A DNA stretch of 64,000 bases from Octopus vulgaris (Eukaryota), in contig OX597817.1 in assembly GCA_951406725.2 (NCBI GenBank), forward strand, positions 42,160,001 to 42,224,000, read 5' to 3'. The stretch's first letter is position 1. Each line of letters opens with the position of its first letter. Both the position numbers and the translations under genes were made by a program. Under the pieces are notes generated by a model. It did no database searches. It was not told the origin of the DNA and saw only the letters and a list, made by a program, of their open reading frames with translations. Shown one piece after another: positions 13,655 to 27,730 of the stretch.

Positions 13655-14120
13655 TAGTTTTGTCTAGCGAATGTTTTAAAAAAAGATGTGTGAATGTAGC
13701 AAGGATGGCACGTATGAGTGACGAAGCCACCTTGAGTATAATCTTATGAACCCGGAAATTGCAAACAGAGGGTTACCCACTTGCAAACAAATGTGGTAAC
13801 ATGTAACAATATTGACCGAGGTTACCGTGGTCTTTTCCATAGCCTTTTCTTCCCACGGATAAACCTTATCTGCTTCCCCCTTTACACCGTACATCATGAC
13901 ACTGTGATACACGATCTCTATTAATCGTTTTTTTTTCCCCTTTTTTCCTTTTTTTTCTCCTTTTTTCTTTCTTTTGTTTCTTTTCTTTTTTTCTTCTTTC
14001 CCTTTTACGATCCCCTATGATCGAAAACCTACCCCACATTTTTTTTTCCCAAAAAAAGAAAAGCTCTACTTTATAATCTGTCCTGTCTGTGTGCAGCCCT
14101 GTGTGGCTAATAAAGAAACA
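13655..14120 (+). mobile_element. Probable Tx1/L1-group LINE 3' end between (TCTA)n tracts
   Basis: ORF end LSSECFKKRCVNVARMARMSDEATLSIIL* (stop 13749), pyrimidine-rich 3' UTR, AATAAA at ~14109 running into TATC repeats. Confidence 0.5.
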
Positions 14121-14879
14121 TATCTATCTACCTATCTATCTATCTGCATGTGGTGTGTGTGACTATACTTATGTTTGTCTGTGTAAACTTGTGTGTTGAG
14201 TTGCATTACTTTATGTCAAAAATGTAACTCACCAGTTCAATAAACAGAGATGGATGAAATAACAATCAGACTAAAATAGACACTTGTCCAATGTGATTGA
14301 CTGTAAAAAGGAAAAAAGAAAAGAAAAGATTGCATGGCCACAGCTCAATGATTGAAACCAGTTATAGACTAAAAGAATAAAGACATTTCCAGTCTGTAAG
14401 AATGGGAATAGGAAGGTAGGACGGTAGGACGGGAGGATGGTAGGATGGTTGGAGGTTGTAATGTTTATGGTTTTCTCTTGAGAGTTAGTAATATATGTGA
14501 AGTAATTTCAACTGGGAATCAAAACTAGATTACAACTTTGAAGAAAACTTAGATGTACCATGCCATATATACAACACCACACCACACCTTTGAACAGATG
14601 GTACAGGGAGGAAGAGGAAAAGGATATAAACAGAGTAAGAGAGAGAGGGCGAGGAGAGAGAGGGAGAGAGAGAGTGTCTGTTAAACTCTTATATAGTTGA
14701 ACCAATGACGAAACCTAGCAACCAAATTCTTACAAAACTGTACCACACCAACCGAGGTTCATAATCATTTTTTTTATTTTATTTCAAGGTGCATTCGAAA
14801 TTAAATATGGTTATAAAGTTAAAACTTTAAAGAAAATACAGCAAACTATTGCTTATCTTGTTTTTCTTGTTCAGAATAT

Positions 14880-15195
14880 CAATCAACCAGAAGCTGCTGA
14901 GAGACATGCAACCAAAAACCAAAAAAAAAATACATTCCATCAGTTATTAACCATCTCATGAACATCTTGCTTTTCCCAGCTTTGATAAATTAATGTGCAG
15001 GCATTTAAGAAGCCATAAGAATATCCACCATCTTTCCAGTAATGACTGAAGCCATCAATAACTTTACCACCCATGGCCACACTTGCAAAATCAAGACACA
15101 CCACAGCACCTATGATTTTCAGAAATATTTTTGTCTCAAAGCATTGAATAAACCACCCATGTACCCATCTTAGATGTTAGCTGTCAGGACACAAC
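14880..15195 (+). mobile_element. Highly decayed CR1-type LINE 3' fragment
   Basis: Resembles 62200-62330(-), e.g. cacagcacctatgattttcagaaatattttt vs cacagctcccatgactttcagaaacattttt. Confidence 0.55.
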
Positions 15196-15989
15196 ATTAC
15201 TCTCTTACTCTTTACTCTTTTACTTGTTTCAGTCATTTGACTGCGGCCATGCTGGAGCACCGCCTTTAGTCGAGCAAATCGACCCGACCCCAGGACTTAT
15301 TCTTTGGAATCCTATTACTTATTCTATTGGTCTCTTTTGCTGAACCGCCAGGTTACGGGGACATAAACACACCGCCATCAGTTGTCAAGCGATGTTGGGG
15401 GGACAACTACAGACACACAAACATATACACACACATACATATATACTCTTTTACTCTTTTACTTGTTTCAGTCATTTGACTGTGGCCATACTGGAGCATC
15501 GCATTTAGTCAAGCAAATCGACCCCAGGACTTATTCTTTGGAAGCCTAGTACTTATTCTATCGGTCTCATATGTACGACGGGCTCTTTCAGTTTCTGTCT
15601 ACCAAATCCACTCACAACGCTTTGGTCGGGCCAAAGATATAGTAGAAGACACTTACCCAAGGTGCCACGCAGTGGGAATGAACCCGGAACCATGTGGTTG
15701 GTAAGCAAGCTACTTACCACACAGCTGCTCCTTCTTCAAAAATTCCATGCTTTCCAAAATTTGTCAACACTCCCCATAATATACTTATGCTCCCTTTTCT
15801 CTCTATGGCTCTTTTACTTGTTCACTTTTCTGTCTTTTTGTTATGTTTTATTGTGTACTTTGCTGTACTTTTGGCTTTCATTGCTGCCTTTCTTTACCTC
15901 ACTTATTACTGCTTTCCAGCCTCTCTTTTACTATTTTCCAATGAGTTATAGGGTACCCGAGCAATGTATATGCGCTCATCAACTTTCTT

Positions 15990-16260
15990 CTTTCCCTCCT
16001 CCTCCTCCTCCTCCTCCTTCTTCTTCTTCTTCTTCTTCTTGTTCTTCCACTTCTTTCTCTTGTTCTTCTTCTTCTCGCTCTTCTTCTTCTTCTCCTTCTT
16101 CTTTCTCTTGTTCTTGTTCTTCCTCTTCTTTCTCTTGTTCTTCTTGTTCTCGCTCTTCTTCTTGTTCTCGCTCTTCTTCTTGTTCTCGCTCTTCTTCTTC
16201 TTCTTCTTCTTCTTCTTCTTCTTCTTCTTCTGCTTATTATTATTATTATTATTATGTTTT
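15990..16260. repeat. (TCC)/(TTC)n microsatellite
   Basis: Direct inspection. Confidence 0.95.
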
Positions 16261-16459
16261 TTCCTTCTTTCTTCGAATTTTCTTCCGTTTCTCGCCGAGT
16301 GTTTTCCATACACCTAGGGCAGAGAAGGGCATTGTATGCATCCCCAGATTACACGCGCAAATTCACAGATAAAATATGTATTTAAAAATTAATAAATAAA
16401 TAAATTCATGGATGGATGTTATTTTCACAGCAATAGTGCTCTTCTCAGTACATGAGCCA

Positions 16460-16749
16460 TTAGCTACTACTGCTACTACTACTGCTGCTACTGCTGCTGC
16501 TACTACTACTGCTGCTGCTGCTGCTACTACTACTGCTGCAGTTACTACTACTGCTGCTGCTGCTGCTGCTACAACTACGACCACTACTACTGCTGCTGTT
16601 GCTGCTTCTACTGCTGCTGCTACCACTGCTGCTGCTGCTGCTTCTGCTGCCACCACCACTGCTGCTACTACTACTGGTACTACCACAGCTGCTGATACTA
16701 CCACTGCTGCTGATACTACCACTGCTGCTGCTGATGCTGTTGCTGCGGC

Positions 16750-16807
<58 letters not shown>

Positions 16808-16808
16808 G
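16460..16808. repeat. (CTG/CTA)n plus (ATT)n microsatellite
   Basis: Direct inspection. Confidence 0.95.
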
Positions 16809-18209
16809 AGTGTGAGAGCAGTGCATGCCTTCGAAGTGACTCTGGGGTAAAATATACGAAGCCCAGTATTTTATTTTAAGTGTTACGCTATGATTAAAAG
16901 GTTGAGAAATACTGCTCTAGATGAACATTCTGTAGCTGTAATACTATACTGAAGATATGTAGAGGATCTCAACATTCTAGTTAGGACAGTCCTATTTAGT
17001 GATACCAAGGAAGATGAGAGGAGTACAAGGCAGAGCATCCAGCACATCGCTAACTGCATCCATATTAATTGTCATTCCTGAAGTATATACCATTTTCTTA
17101 ATGTTACAACGCAATGTCACTGAATTGAATAATGCATCTACTTTTGTTCAGGGGTTAGGCTATACTCCTTTCTCTTCCTATCATGAAGAGATCAACTGAG
17201 ATTTCTTTTCATTGTACAGTTATTTCATGCTTGGAAAAGTTTAATTCATATTTATATCATTTGAACTGATATATACAAGGAAATAGGATGATGGTGTTAG
17301 CAATGATGCAGGAAACAGAACAAGATAGTGTCTAATATTCAATTTGAGATTTCATAGCACTATGCTAATATTTTTAACTTAACATTTATAAAATGCGAAC
17401 AGCATGTTGAAGTTGACTAGATCGACCATGTCGTTACTATTACTGTAAATATTCCTGTCTGTTTCTTACCGATATTCTTGACCAAACTGTTCTTGAATAA
17501 TCAATTCCTATTAAAGAACATATTATACCCTTGCTACTATAGAATGATTTATAATTTTAAAATTTTTGTAAAGGCAATGGATGAGTGGAGTTATTAGAAT
17601 CAGCCAAAATATCATTTAGTATTTGTTGCATCACTTTAGATTCTGAGTTCTAATCCTACCGCAGCCAACTTCACTTTTTGAGAGTCAACAAAATATAGTA
17701 CCACTTAAGTACTGGAGTCAGTTTAATTGACTGACTCTTGACTCTTTCTCATAAATTTGTAGCCTTGCTCCAGAGGTAGAGATTATTATCTGTTTCTTTA
17801 TTACCCGCAAGGGGCTAAAAATAGAGGGGACAAACAAGGACAGACAAATGGATTAAGTCGATTACATTGACCCCAGTGCCTAAGGCTGACTTAAGCCTTG
17901 TGAGTGAATTTGGTAGATAGAAACTGAAAGCAGCCCGTCATATATATATATATATATTTGTATGTATGTATGTATTTGTTTTGTCTGTGTTTGTACCTCC
18001 ACCATCACTTAACAACTGATGTTGGTGTGTTTACTTCCTCGTAACTTAGCAGTTCGGTAAAAGGGGCTGATAAAACAAGTACTAGGCTTCCAAAGAATAA
18101 GTCCTGGGGTTAATTCATTTAACTAAAGGTGGTGCTCCAGCATGGCCATGGTCAAATGACTGAAACAAATAAAAGAAATGAAGTTTTTTATACTTCTTTT
18201 TTTTTTTTT

Positions 18210-19465
18210 TTAAATTAAGATAAGCAAAGTTCTTTTTCAATATAAAATATACTCTCTTTCATTTTCTACAATGCTCTTCTATCTGTCTGGTAGACTTGCA
18301 AGGCCCCTCTTCCAAAATTCACTTTTCCATAATGAAAAATATTCCTTCAGTACTGTTCTGACTTCGTCTACAGAATTCATATTTTTTCTGTCCTGATGAT
18401 TTTGAAGACTGTAGGTTAAATGATAATCAGATGGTCAGCCCAAGGCTATAATAGAAGACACTTGCTCAAGGTGAATATGATGGGTGGGGTATCGTTTCCC
18501 ATTCAAACTGCTCCAGCCTTTGGAATGTCATCCTTGCTGTCTGTGGCCAAGCATTATCCTTATGGAAGAACACCTTTCCTCTTGAAACCAAAGATGGTCG
18601 TTTTTCTTCTAGCACTGACTTGAGATGCACAAGCTGCTCACAGTAGATCTCCTTTGTTATTGTCTGGTTTGGGTTTAAAAGTTTAAAGTTGCCTAAATCT
18701 CTCATATCCCACCAAACAGATAACAACACTTTATGTAGGTAAAGACCTTCTTTAGCCTGGGGTCCCGGAGTTTCTCCTTTCCCTACCCACTGTCTTCAGG
18801 GCTTGACATTTTTATAGAGAACCCATTTCTCATCACCAATCGCTATTCGGTCCAAAAACGGTTCATTCGTGAGACATGACAGCAAAGAAGAGCACACATT
18901 CACTCTCTGTGTGAGATTAGATTTGGAAAGTTTGTGAGGAACCCATTGACCCAATTTACTGACTTTCCCGATGGCATGCAGGTATTGATGATTGGTTGAA
19001 TGACTAAATCCAAGCTTCTCTGCTAGTTTCGCAACTGTTATGGTGGGATTTTGTTCTACCAGGGTTTGCAGGACATCTTTGGTGAACTCTACAGATCTTC
19101 CAGGATGAGACTCACCTCCTAGGCTGTAGTTTCCAGCTTAGAATTTCTAGAAGAACCACCATTGACACTGGCTTATGCTTATTGTCAGATCCCTATATAC
19201 TGCATTAACATTCCTCACATTTTCTGTTGTGTTGTTGCCTTTATTGAACTCATAAACCAAAATATGCCGAATATGCTCCTTTATCACTTCCTTTATAGCT
19301 TTGAAAAAATAGCAGTTAAAATCGAACTGCACTCTTTAAAACTTTCACTAACAATAAAAAGAAGGTAAAATTACTACCTGTATTTATAGCAATTTGATGC
19401 AGGTAGTATATCCTATCCCTCTCCAACTTTTAGTTCATGCAATTGAAAAAAAAACGCATTATTTT
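18210..19465 (-). mobile_element. Decayed mariner transposon, with a short SINE fragment at ~18437-18472
   Basis: KEHIRHILVYEFNKGN (HTH), MLLSVWWD, FHKDNAWPQ (HDNARPH-like), PHPSYSP; frameshifts. Confidence 0.9.
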
Positions 19466-19569
19466 AGGATATACATATCCAATAATGCATTATATATATA
19501 TCTTTAGAGAGAGAGAGAGAGAGTGAGAGAGAGTGAGAGAGAGAGAAATTGGTAGATAGATAGATAGAC

Positions 19570-19634
<65 letters not shown>

Positions 19635-19779
19635 TAGACAGGTAGATTGATAGATAGATAGATAGATAGACAGATAGATAGATAGATAGATAGAGATAGG
19701 TAGATAGATACATACATACATACACACACATACATATATATATTTAACTGAGAGAAAGAGAAGTCAAATTGATCTTACG

Positions 19780-19933
19780 TATGTTTCAGTATACGAATGC
19801 CATTTATTTCAAATTACATACAAAGCAGGTCATGCAATAAATTAAGTGTTCACTCACTTCTTCAGGCATTATAACAATTAACATACAAAGTGAATGTGAT
19901 TTGAAATAAATAGCATTTATTTACTGAAACATA
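19780..19933. mobile_element. ~150-bp MITE with 40-bp terminal inverted repeats
   Basis: tatgtttcagtatacgaatgccatttatttcaaattacat (19780-19819) pairs with 19894-19933; TA ends. Confidence 0.7.
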
Positions 19934-21215
19934 TCAGGTTGAGTAAAAAGTTAGCAATGTTTTGAACCATGAAGAATTTGTGCCGGAATTTTGCAGTGTT
20001 TCAAATTTTTTAAAAACTTTTTTTTTTTAATTTTCTGAAAATTCAGACATAGACCTGCCCAAATACATCGATAAATTAGCATTGATATTTTTTTCACTAT
20101 TCTTACAATCATCTGAAATGGATCTGTCAAAGAGAGATATTTGAGCAATTTTGCTATTGAACTTCAAAAAAGGATTTAAAGTAGCTGAAACTGCTACTGA
20201 TTCTTGTGGTGTCAATGAAACGTTTGGTGAGGAAATGACCAGTGAGTGGTCAGCTCAAAAATGGTTTAAATGATTTTGCAGTGGAGACCTGAGCCTTAAA
20301 GATCGTGAGTGAATTGGATGCCCATTTTTCATTGATGAAAGTCAATTAACGACTTTCATTGAGAAAGATCAACATAAAACCACTTGGGAACTAAAAAAAG
20401 AACTCCAAGTTAGCCAGGAAACTGCCTGCAACCATTTGCATGTGGCCAGAAAATCAAAAGATCTCAACAAATGTGTACCACATGATGTGAATGAAAATCA
20501 GAAAATGCACAGGTATGAAATTTGCTCGTCACTTCTTCTCTGTAACCAGATCAATCCATTTCTTGACTTTGCAATAGAAAGTGGATTCTGTAAAATAATA
20601 AAAAAAGTTCTTCGCAGTGATTGGACCAAAGATGAAGCACTGTAAACTTTCCCTAAACCCAAGCTCTTCAAAAAGGTTATGGTGACTGTTTGGTGGTGTA
20701 CTGTTGGACTCATCCACTATAACTTCTTAAAACCCAGAAAAACCATTACTGCAGAAACATATTGTCATGAAAGTGCCAAAATGAATGAAATACTGCTACT
20801 TCTCCCCAGGCTGATCAACAGAAGAAGGTCAATCATTCTTCATGACAATACTCGACCATGCGCTTCACTAATGATGCTTCAGAAGCTGAGGAAACTTAGC
20901 TACGGTGTTCTTCCCCACCAAGCTTATTCCCCAGACCTTTCTCCTACTGACTATCACTTTTTCAAGCACCTTGTTGGTTTCCTGCGAGAGAAGCAGTTAA
21001 AAAATAAAACCGATGCTCAAAGTGCGTTCAAAGAGTTCATCAGCTCCAGAACACCAGATTTTTATATTATCAGAATAAACAAACTTGTAACTCATTGGCA
21101 AAAATGTGTTGATTGTAGAGGTACTTACTTTGATGAGTAAATTTTCTGTATTGTTGAAATATATTCTGATGAATTTCATGTTTCAAAACGTTGCTTACTT
21201 TTTACTCAGCCTCGA
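19934..21215 (+). mobile_element. Full-length decayed mariner (DD34D) with ~39-bp TIRs and TA TSD; transposase pseudogene 20118-21140
   Basis: TIR tcaggttgagtaaaaagttagcaatgttttga and its complement ending at 21215; CVPHD, MVTVWW, HDNTRP, YSPDLSPTDYHFF motifs; stops and frameshifts. Confidence 0.95.
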
Positions 21216-22964
21216 TAAAAATTATTGTTATTCCTTCTGTGAGGATTATAACATACTTATTTGATATATATATGTCTTGGATTGGCCGAGTGATCCTTTA
21301 ATATTTGTCTAAAGTGCAACCAATCATTCTTTGGCTAACTAAGAGGTGCAACCTTTACACCACTGTTTGAACACAATGCTAGACAGGCTCAAACATGAAG
21401 TGATACTAAGGTGATCACTTGGATTTTAATTATCCCTTCAATTATGTGTGTGTGTGTGTGTGCTGTAGTAGAAGATACTTGCCCAAGATGTCAAGCAGTG
21501 AGAACGAACCCCAGATTGCTTGATTGGGAAGCTTGCTTGTCAATCATGCAATCTAGATTTCATTTTGACTAGCTACCTGCTCGAAAGCAAAGCAGTAAAT
21601 GCATTTTGTGTTTGTGAGTGTGTGCATGTGTGTGAGCATGCAATGTGTAACTATGTGTATACATATGTATGTGTGCCTGTGTGTATAAATGTATTTGTAC
21701 ATACGTGTGTGTATCTATATATTTGTAGTGTATATGTATGTATATGTGTATACATATGTATGTGTGCTTGTGTGTATGAATGTATGTGTACATACGTGTG
21801 TATATAGTGTATATGTATGTATATGTGAATATGTATGTGTGTGTGTGTGTATGTATATGTGTGTATATATATATATTTGAAGTGTATATGTATGTATATG
21901 CATGTATTGGACCTCATCAACTGTCTTCTAATCATGAAGTTTCTTATTAGTTGAGGAAAGACATTAACGAGGAAAGAAGAGGGAAAGAAGCAATGTTTTT
22001 TCATGAACAAAATTCACTAATTTACATTTTTAATGATTAAATGCTGTCCAAAATCTTGTTTATTTTCATTAATTATGTAATGCAGGTGAATATCAATCGT
22101 TATCAGATTTATTTTATTATTAAAACTTTGTTAATTGACAAGATTTGGAAGTAAAAAGTAAAAAGTAACAAAAACCAAAAACCAAAAGAAAAAAAACCAA
22201 GAATGTTATTTAAGATGTTAGTCTTTATAAGAATTTGTATAAATATTCCAGAATAGAATCTTTTTAATTTTTAGTTTAATAGAATTTCAGTAAATACATG
22301 TCTGCATTATTGGAAAAGATAATGCAATCTATAATTTCAAAGAAATAATTTCATAACTTGCCAATTAGAACTGAATACAAACATCATTAATTAGAACTAC
22401 ACCCATGTTTCGCTAATTAGAACAACTGAGGTTTATTATTTATCATTTGAATTACTTATGTACCTGTCTCATTACAACTCCATATCCAATCCTCAAATTA
22501 AAAGCATTTATAGAATAAATTTTGTCTTTGGTGGTCATTTCCTGTTGTGTGATCAGGTTTTCTCAGCTTCCATCCAATTAATTCCATATCTCCTTCAGCT
22601 AAAATTTTCCTGAATTTTACACATCAACAATTCATACCATTTCTCTCGTCTTTCCTTTTTTTTATCCTCCATGCAATACATATTCCAACATGTATACTAC
22701 CTGTCTCTTATTGATGAATCTCTAAATACCTCACTAGCTCTTGGGAGCCATTTTAACACCATTATTTGGCCCTTGGGGTGGGGGGCATTAAAGATAGAGT
22801 CCTCACTGTTTCAAACATCTGTATTGAGTATACAGCCTGACTAGAGTTTATATGAGGAGTGAGTTCAGATGGTTTATCAGGGGAATGGAGAGACAAGGAG
22901 AGGCCATAGTTATTAAACATCCCTATTTCATCCCTACAAACACACACATACATACACACTTCTT

Positions 22965-23825
22965 GAACACAGAGTGAAGTCACTTGGCAAAGATTGACCT
23001 TCAACTCTGCTGTGCACTAAGTTTTAATGTTCTAGCTCCCTTTCACTGTTTACAGCAGTGCTTGGAAGGAAGGTGTGTAGCATGTGATTGTTGCATTGAC
23101 CATGACAGAGAAAGTTATCATGGCGATACCTGCGCTAGAGGCCTATGCAAAGTTGCAGAAAGTGTACAAGGAGAAGTGAATGAGCTACACACAAGTGTAC
23201 AAGGAGAAGTGAATGAGCTACACACAAGTGTACAAGTGGTTCAGACATTGAAAAATGTTGATATTGACGAACATTCTAGGAGATGCGCAACCAGCAGAAC
23301 TGAGAAAAACATTAAAGATGTGCATGCAGCTGTGAGGGTAAATCATCGAATTGCCATCTATGAGTTATCAGAGGATGTGCAGATTAGTTACAGTTCAGTT
23401 CAGTCCATTATCATTGAAGATTTGGGTATGAAACAAGTGTCTGCTAAGTTTGTGCCAAAACTGCTTTCAGCTACCCAAAAGGAGTCCTGGGTTTTAGTTA
23501 CACAAGATCTCCTTGATTGTGTTGGGAACGATGAAAACTTTTTGAAAACTTTGTGTAGGCTTCTGAGCATATATCGCCAAGCTTTTGACAAACTTTGATG
23601 TAGATTCTCTGCTCAACTTTCTCTGTCATGCTCAATACGATGATCACATGCTACACACCTTCCTTCCAAGCACTGCTGTAAACAGTGGAAGTGAGCTGGC
23701 ATGTTAAAGCTTAGTGCACATGCACAGCAGATTTTAAGGTCAATTTGTGCCAAGTGGCTTTACCCTTCATGTTTTAACTTCGTTACTATGGCAACAGTAC
23801 AGGTACTCATCGATCAGACCACATA
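22965..23825. mobile_element. Mariner derivative with two inverted 5' ends around a transposase N-terminal fragment
   Basis: 22975-23116 is the reverse complement of 23614-23765; internal ISYSSVQSIIIEDLGMKQVSAKFVPKLL; inverted MTEKVEQRIYIK start at 23629(-); 33-bp internal tandem duplication. Confidence 0.85.
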
Positions 23826-24014
23826 TGCTCTCTATAAATACATTTATCTATATCTACTCTTTTATTCCTTTATTCTTTTACTTGTTTCAGTCATTTGACT
23901 GCGGCCATTCTGGAGCACTGCCTTTAGTCGAAGAAATCGACCCCAGGACTTATTATCTGTGAGACTAGTACTTATTCTATTGGGCTCTTTTGCCAAACCA
24001 CTAAGTTATATATA

Positions 24015-24143
24015 TAAAACAAAGAGATGTATTTCCATGCAGGAAAATTTATAAGCAAATTTGTTATTGAAAATGTACCTAAATTTGTTTAAAAACAAAT
24101 ACAAGTTTTTAAAATTTACATGCATTTTCAACAACAAATTTGC

Positions 24144-24148
<5 letters not shown>
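24015..24148. repeat. Imperfect hairpin (24055-24143) with a one-sided tail, inside the (TA)n of a SINE-B
   Basis: gcaaatttgttattgaaaatgta...tgcattttcaacaacaaatttgc. Confidence 0.65.
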
Positions 24149-24181
<33 letters not shown>

Positions 24182-24669
24182 GGCTTCTTTCAGTTGGTGT
24201 CTACTAAATCCCCTCACAAGGCTTTCATTAGCCTGAGGCTATAGTAGAAGACACTTGCCCAAGGTGCTAAACAGTGGGACTGAACCCAGAACCATGTGGT
24301 TGGTTAGCAAGCTTCTCACCACACAGCCATGCCTGCACTTATCTACATGAATACTCATATTGTTGTACATATGTATTTATCTACTGTATATATCTAGTTA
24401 TATGTATCTCTGTATATCTCTATACGTGTAACTATATGTGTATATGTTTATATGTATATTTATATATGTCAAACCTAGTAGTGTTCATCTGCATCACACA
24501 CATGCACAAACACAGAGACATGCACATGCACTCACACACACACTCACAAGCACGAACACATTACACACAATCACACACTTATACACACACACATGCAAGG
24601 ACTGATGAACTCAGAAGAGTCAATGGCAATCTAATTACATCATGTGTGTGTTTGTGTGTGTGTGTGTGT

Positions 24670-24709
<40 letters not shown>

Positions 24710-27043
24710 ATGTGTGTGTGTGTATGTGTGTGTGTGTGCGTGCATGTGAGCATGAGCATTTAGAAATTCCAGTGTCTTCTAGAAATTCCAGGTTTGATGC
24801 CTAGGAGTGCATCTAACCCACTGGGGTGGGTTGAACTCTGAGCAGGGGCTAAAGGCAACAAGACTAGGAAATGGAAAACTCAAACAAGAAAAGCCTGAGG
24901 TATGTTATTTACTCAGATTATGGCAAATATTTTCTCCAACATTCTGCTATCTTCATTTCCCAAAATCACGGCTGATTGAACACAAGCCATCACCACTGAA
25001 AACAAATAATTTGTGTGTGTAGACAAAGAATCAGTATTACAAATCAATTTGGTTTTTACAACCAGCTGAGAACTTATCTCACTGTTATTCACTCTTATTT
25101 AATAGATGCAGTATCTATTACAAAATGGAATTTATGGTATATTTGATATGAATTTTAATGTACGTTATGTATTTTAATACATATACATATCGGTGCAGGC
25201 ATGGCCGTGTGGTAAGAAGATTACTTCCTAGCCACATAGATCTGGGTTCAATCTCACTGTGTAGCACCTCTATTGTAGCTTCTGACTGACCAATGCCGGT
25301 AGTACATAAAAAGCACCCACTACACCTTTGGAGTGGTTGGTGTTAGGAAGGGCATCCAGCTGTAGAAACATGGCTAGAACAGATTGGAGCTTAGCACATC
25401 CTTCTGGCTTGCCAGTCCTCAGTCAAACCATCCAACCCATGCCAGCATGAAAAGCAGACATTAAATAATGATGATGATAGGCACAGGCGTTGATATGTGG
25501 TAGGAAGTATGCTTTCCAACATTTGGTTCTGAGTTCAGTCCCACTGCATGTCACCTTGGGGAAGTGTCATGTACCATGGCCTCATGCTGACCAAAGCCTT
25601 GTGAATAGATTTTGTAGAGAGAAATCAAAAGGAGCCAGTCTTGTGTGTGTGTCAGTCATTTTTCAGTCATTTGACTGCGGCCATGCTGGAGCACTACCTT
25701 TAGTCGAACAAATCAACCCCGGTACTTATTCTTTGTAAGCCTAGTATTTATTCTATCGGTCTCTTTTGCCGAACCGCTAAGTTACGGGGATGTGAACACA
25801 CCAACATCGGTTGTCAAGCGATGGTGTGAGGACACCACCACTTGTCAACCAGTGTTGGTGTGTTTAGATCTTCATCACTTAGCAGTTCAACAAAAGAAAT
25901 TAATAGAATTAATAATACCAAGCTTCAGAAAAAAAGGTGCTGGGGCTGATTCCTTTTACTAAATTCCTTCAAGGAGGTGCCCCAGCATGACCACAGCCTA
26001 ATGACTGAAACAAATAAAAGATATAAAGATATTTTAATATATTAAAATGCAGTGAGGTGGTGAGACAACAGAATCATTAGTTTGTCAGGTAAGGCCCCTA
26101 GCACTATTTCATTTGGCTTTTACATTCTGATTTCAACTTCCGCAAAGGTTGACTTTGCCATTGATCTTTTTGGAGTCAATAAAATAAGTACCAGTTGAAT
26201 ACTGGAGTCAATATAATTGACTTACCCCTTCCCCCAAAGTTGCTGGCTTTGTGCCAAAATGTGAAACCAATATATATTAAAATACAGTAAGGTGGTGAGC
26301 TGGCAGAAATGTTATCACACCGGGTGAAATGCTTAGTGGTATTTCATCTGTCATTACATTGTGAGTTCAAATTCCGCCGAGGTCGACTTTGCCTTTCATC
26401 CTTTCGGGGTCAATAAATTAAGTACCAGTTACGCACTGGGGTCGATGTAATCGACTTAATACCTATGTCTCTCCTTGTTTGTCCCCTCTGTGTTTAGCCC
26501 CTTGTGGGTAATAAAGAAATAAGTATTTCTTCTATCTTTATGTTTCAAGTACAAATTCCACCAAGGTCGACTTTGCCTTGTGCATTTCAATATATATTGT
26601 CTAAATAGATATTCTTTAATATATATTAAAACAACGTATATAATCCCCATATATTATTATACATTATATTCTTAAATGTTAATATCATACATTAGTTATT
26701 CTAATAGTTTTCTTCATTTACTTAAAAAAATACGTTTCCATCAGTATTCTCCCTTGCTTGTCATCTCTAACACTATTAATGGTTATTCAAATATATCTAA
26801 AGCTTTCACCTTTTATTTTTTCTCATTCTTATTTGTGAACACAAACAACTTAAAAATATGGAACAATTAAGATAACTTCACTACTTTAATAAAGGAGATT
26901 ATTCATAGGTTTTCCTAATTAGGAGAAATTCAAAAATTAAATATTAAAGAGAAAGAAGCTGTATGAAGATTCAGAAAAATAATTATGTATTTATTGCGAC
27001 ATTTCCAAATATCTTGCGAAATTAGTCTAAATGAGGTATTTGT

Positions 27044-27083
<40 letters not shown>

Positions 27084-27110
27084 CATACATACATATATAT
27101 ATATATATAC

Positions 27111-27204
<94 letters not shown>

Positions 27205-27227
27205 ACATATATATATATATGTACATG

Positions 27228-27288
<61 letters not shown>

Positions 27289-27293
<5 letters not shown>

Positions 27294-27415
27294 ATATTAA
27301 ATTAGAGATATCTCTAATTTAATATAACATAATATAATATATTTATACTATAAAATTGGATTTAATCCTAAATCTAATTTTTCCCTGTAAGTTTGGATTT
27401 ATTCCCTAATATTAT
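27289..27415 (+). mobile_element. Family P-A minimal copy: 20-bp hairpin plus 3' tail
   Basis: atgttatattaaattagaga-ta-tctctaatttaatataacat, then ctataaaattggatt..ttccctgtaa.tttggatttattccctaat as at 9818-9880. Confidence 0.82.
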
Positions 27416-27506
27416 TATTATCATCATCATCATCATCATCATCATCGTTTAGCGTCCGTTTTCCATGCTAGCATGGGTTGGACAATATATGTTATATATA
27501 TACATA

Positions 27507-27730
27507 CAGTAATCCCTCATCATATTGTAGTTCACCTATCATGGTTTATTATTTTAGCTTATGTCAATTCCTCTGTGGTGTTGTTTTGAATTTATAATAA
27601 AATAAATATGTATAAATTATAAAAGTAATTTTTAAAAATATACAGTACAGTACTGTTTCTACTTTGCTGATTTTCACCTATTGTGGCAGCGTTTTGGAAT
27701 GTAAGTCCTACAATAATCAAGGGATTACTA
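27507..27730. mobile_element. Tc1/pogo-type MITE
   Basis: TA-cagtaatccct...agggattacta-TA termini. Confidence 0.7.

Noticed and set aside
20679-21140. SETMAR-like or active transposase gene
   Set aside because: Only the C-terminal frame is open; upstream stops and frameshifts; no SET domain
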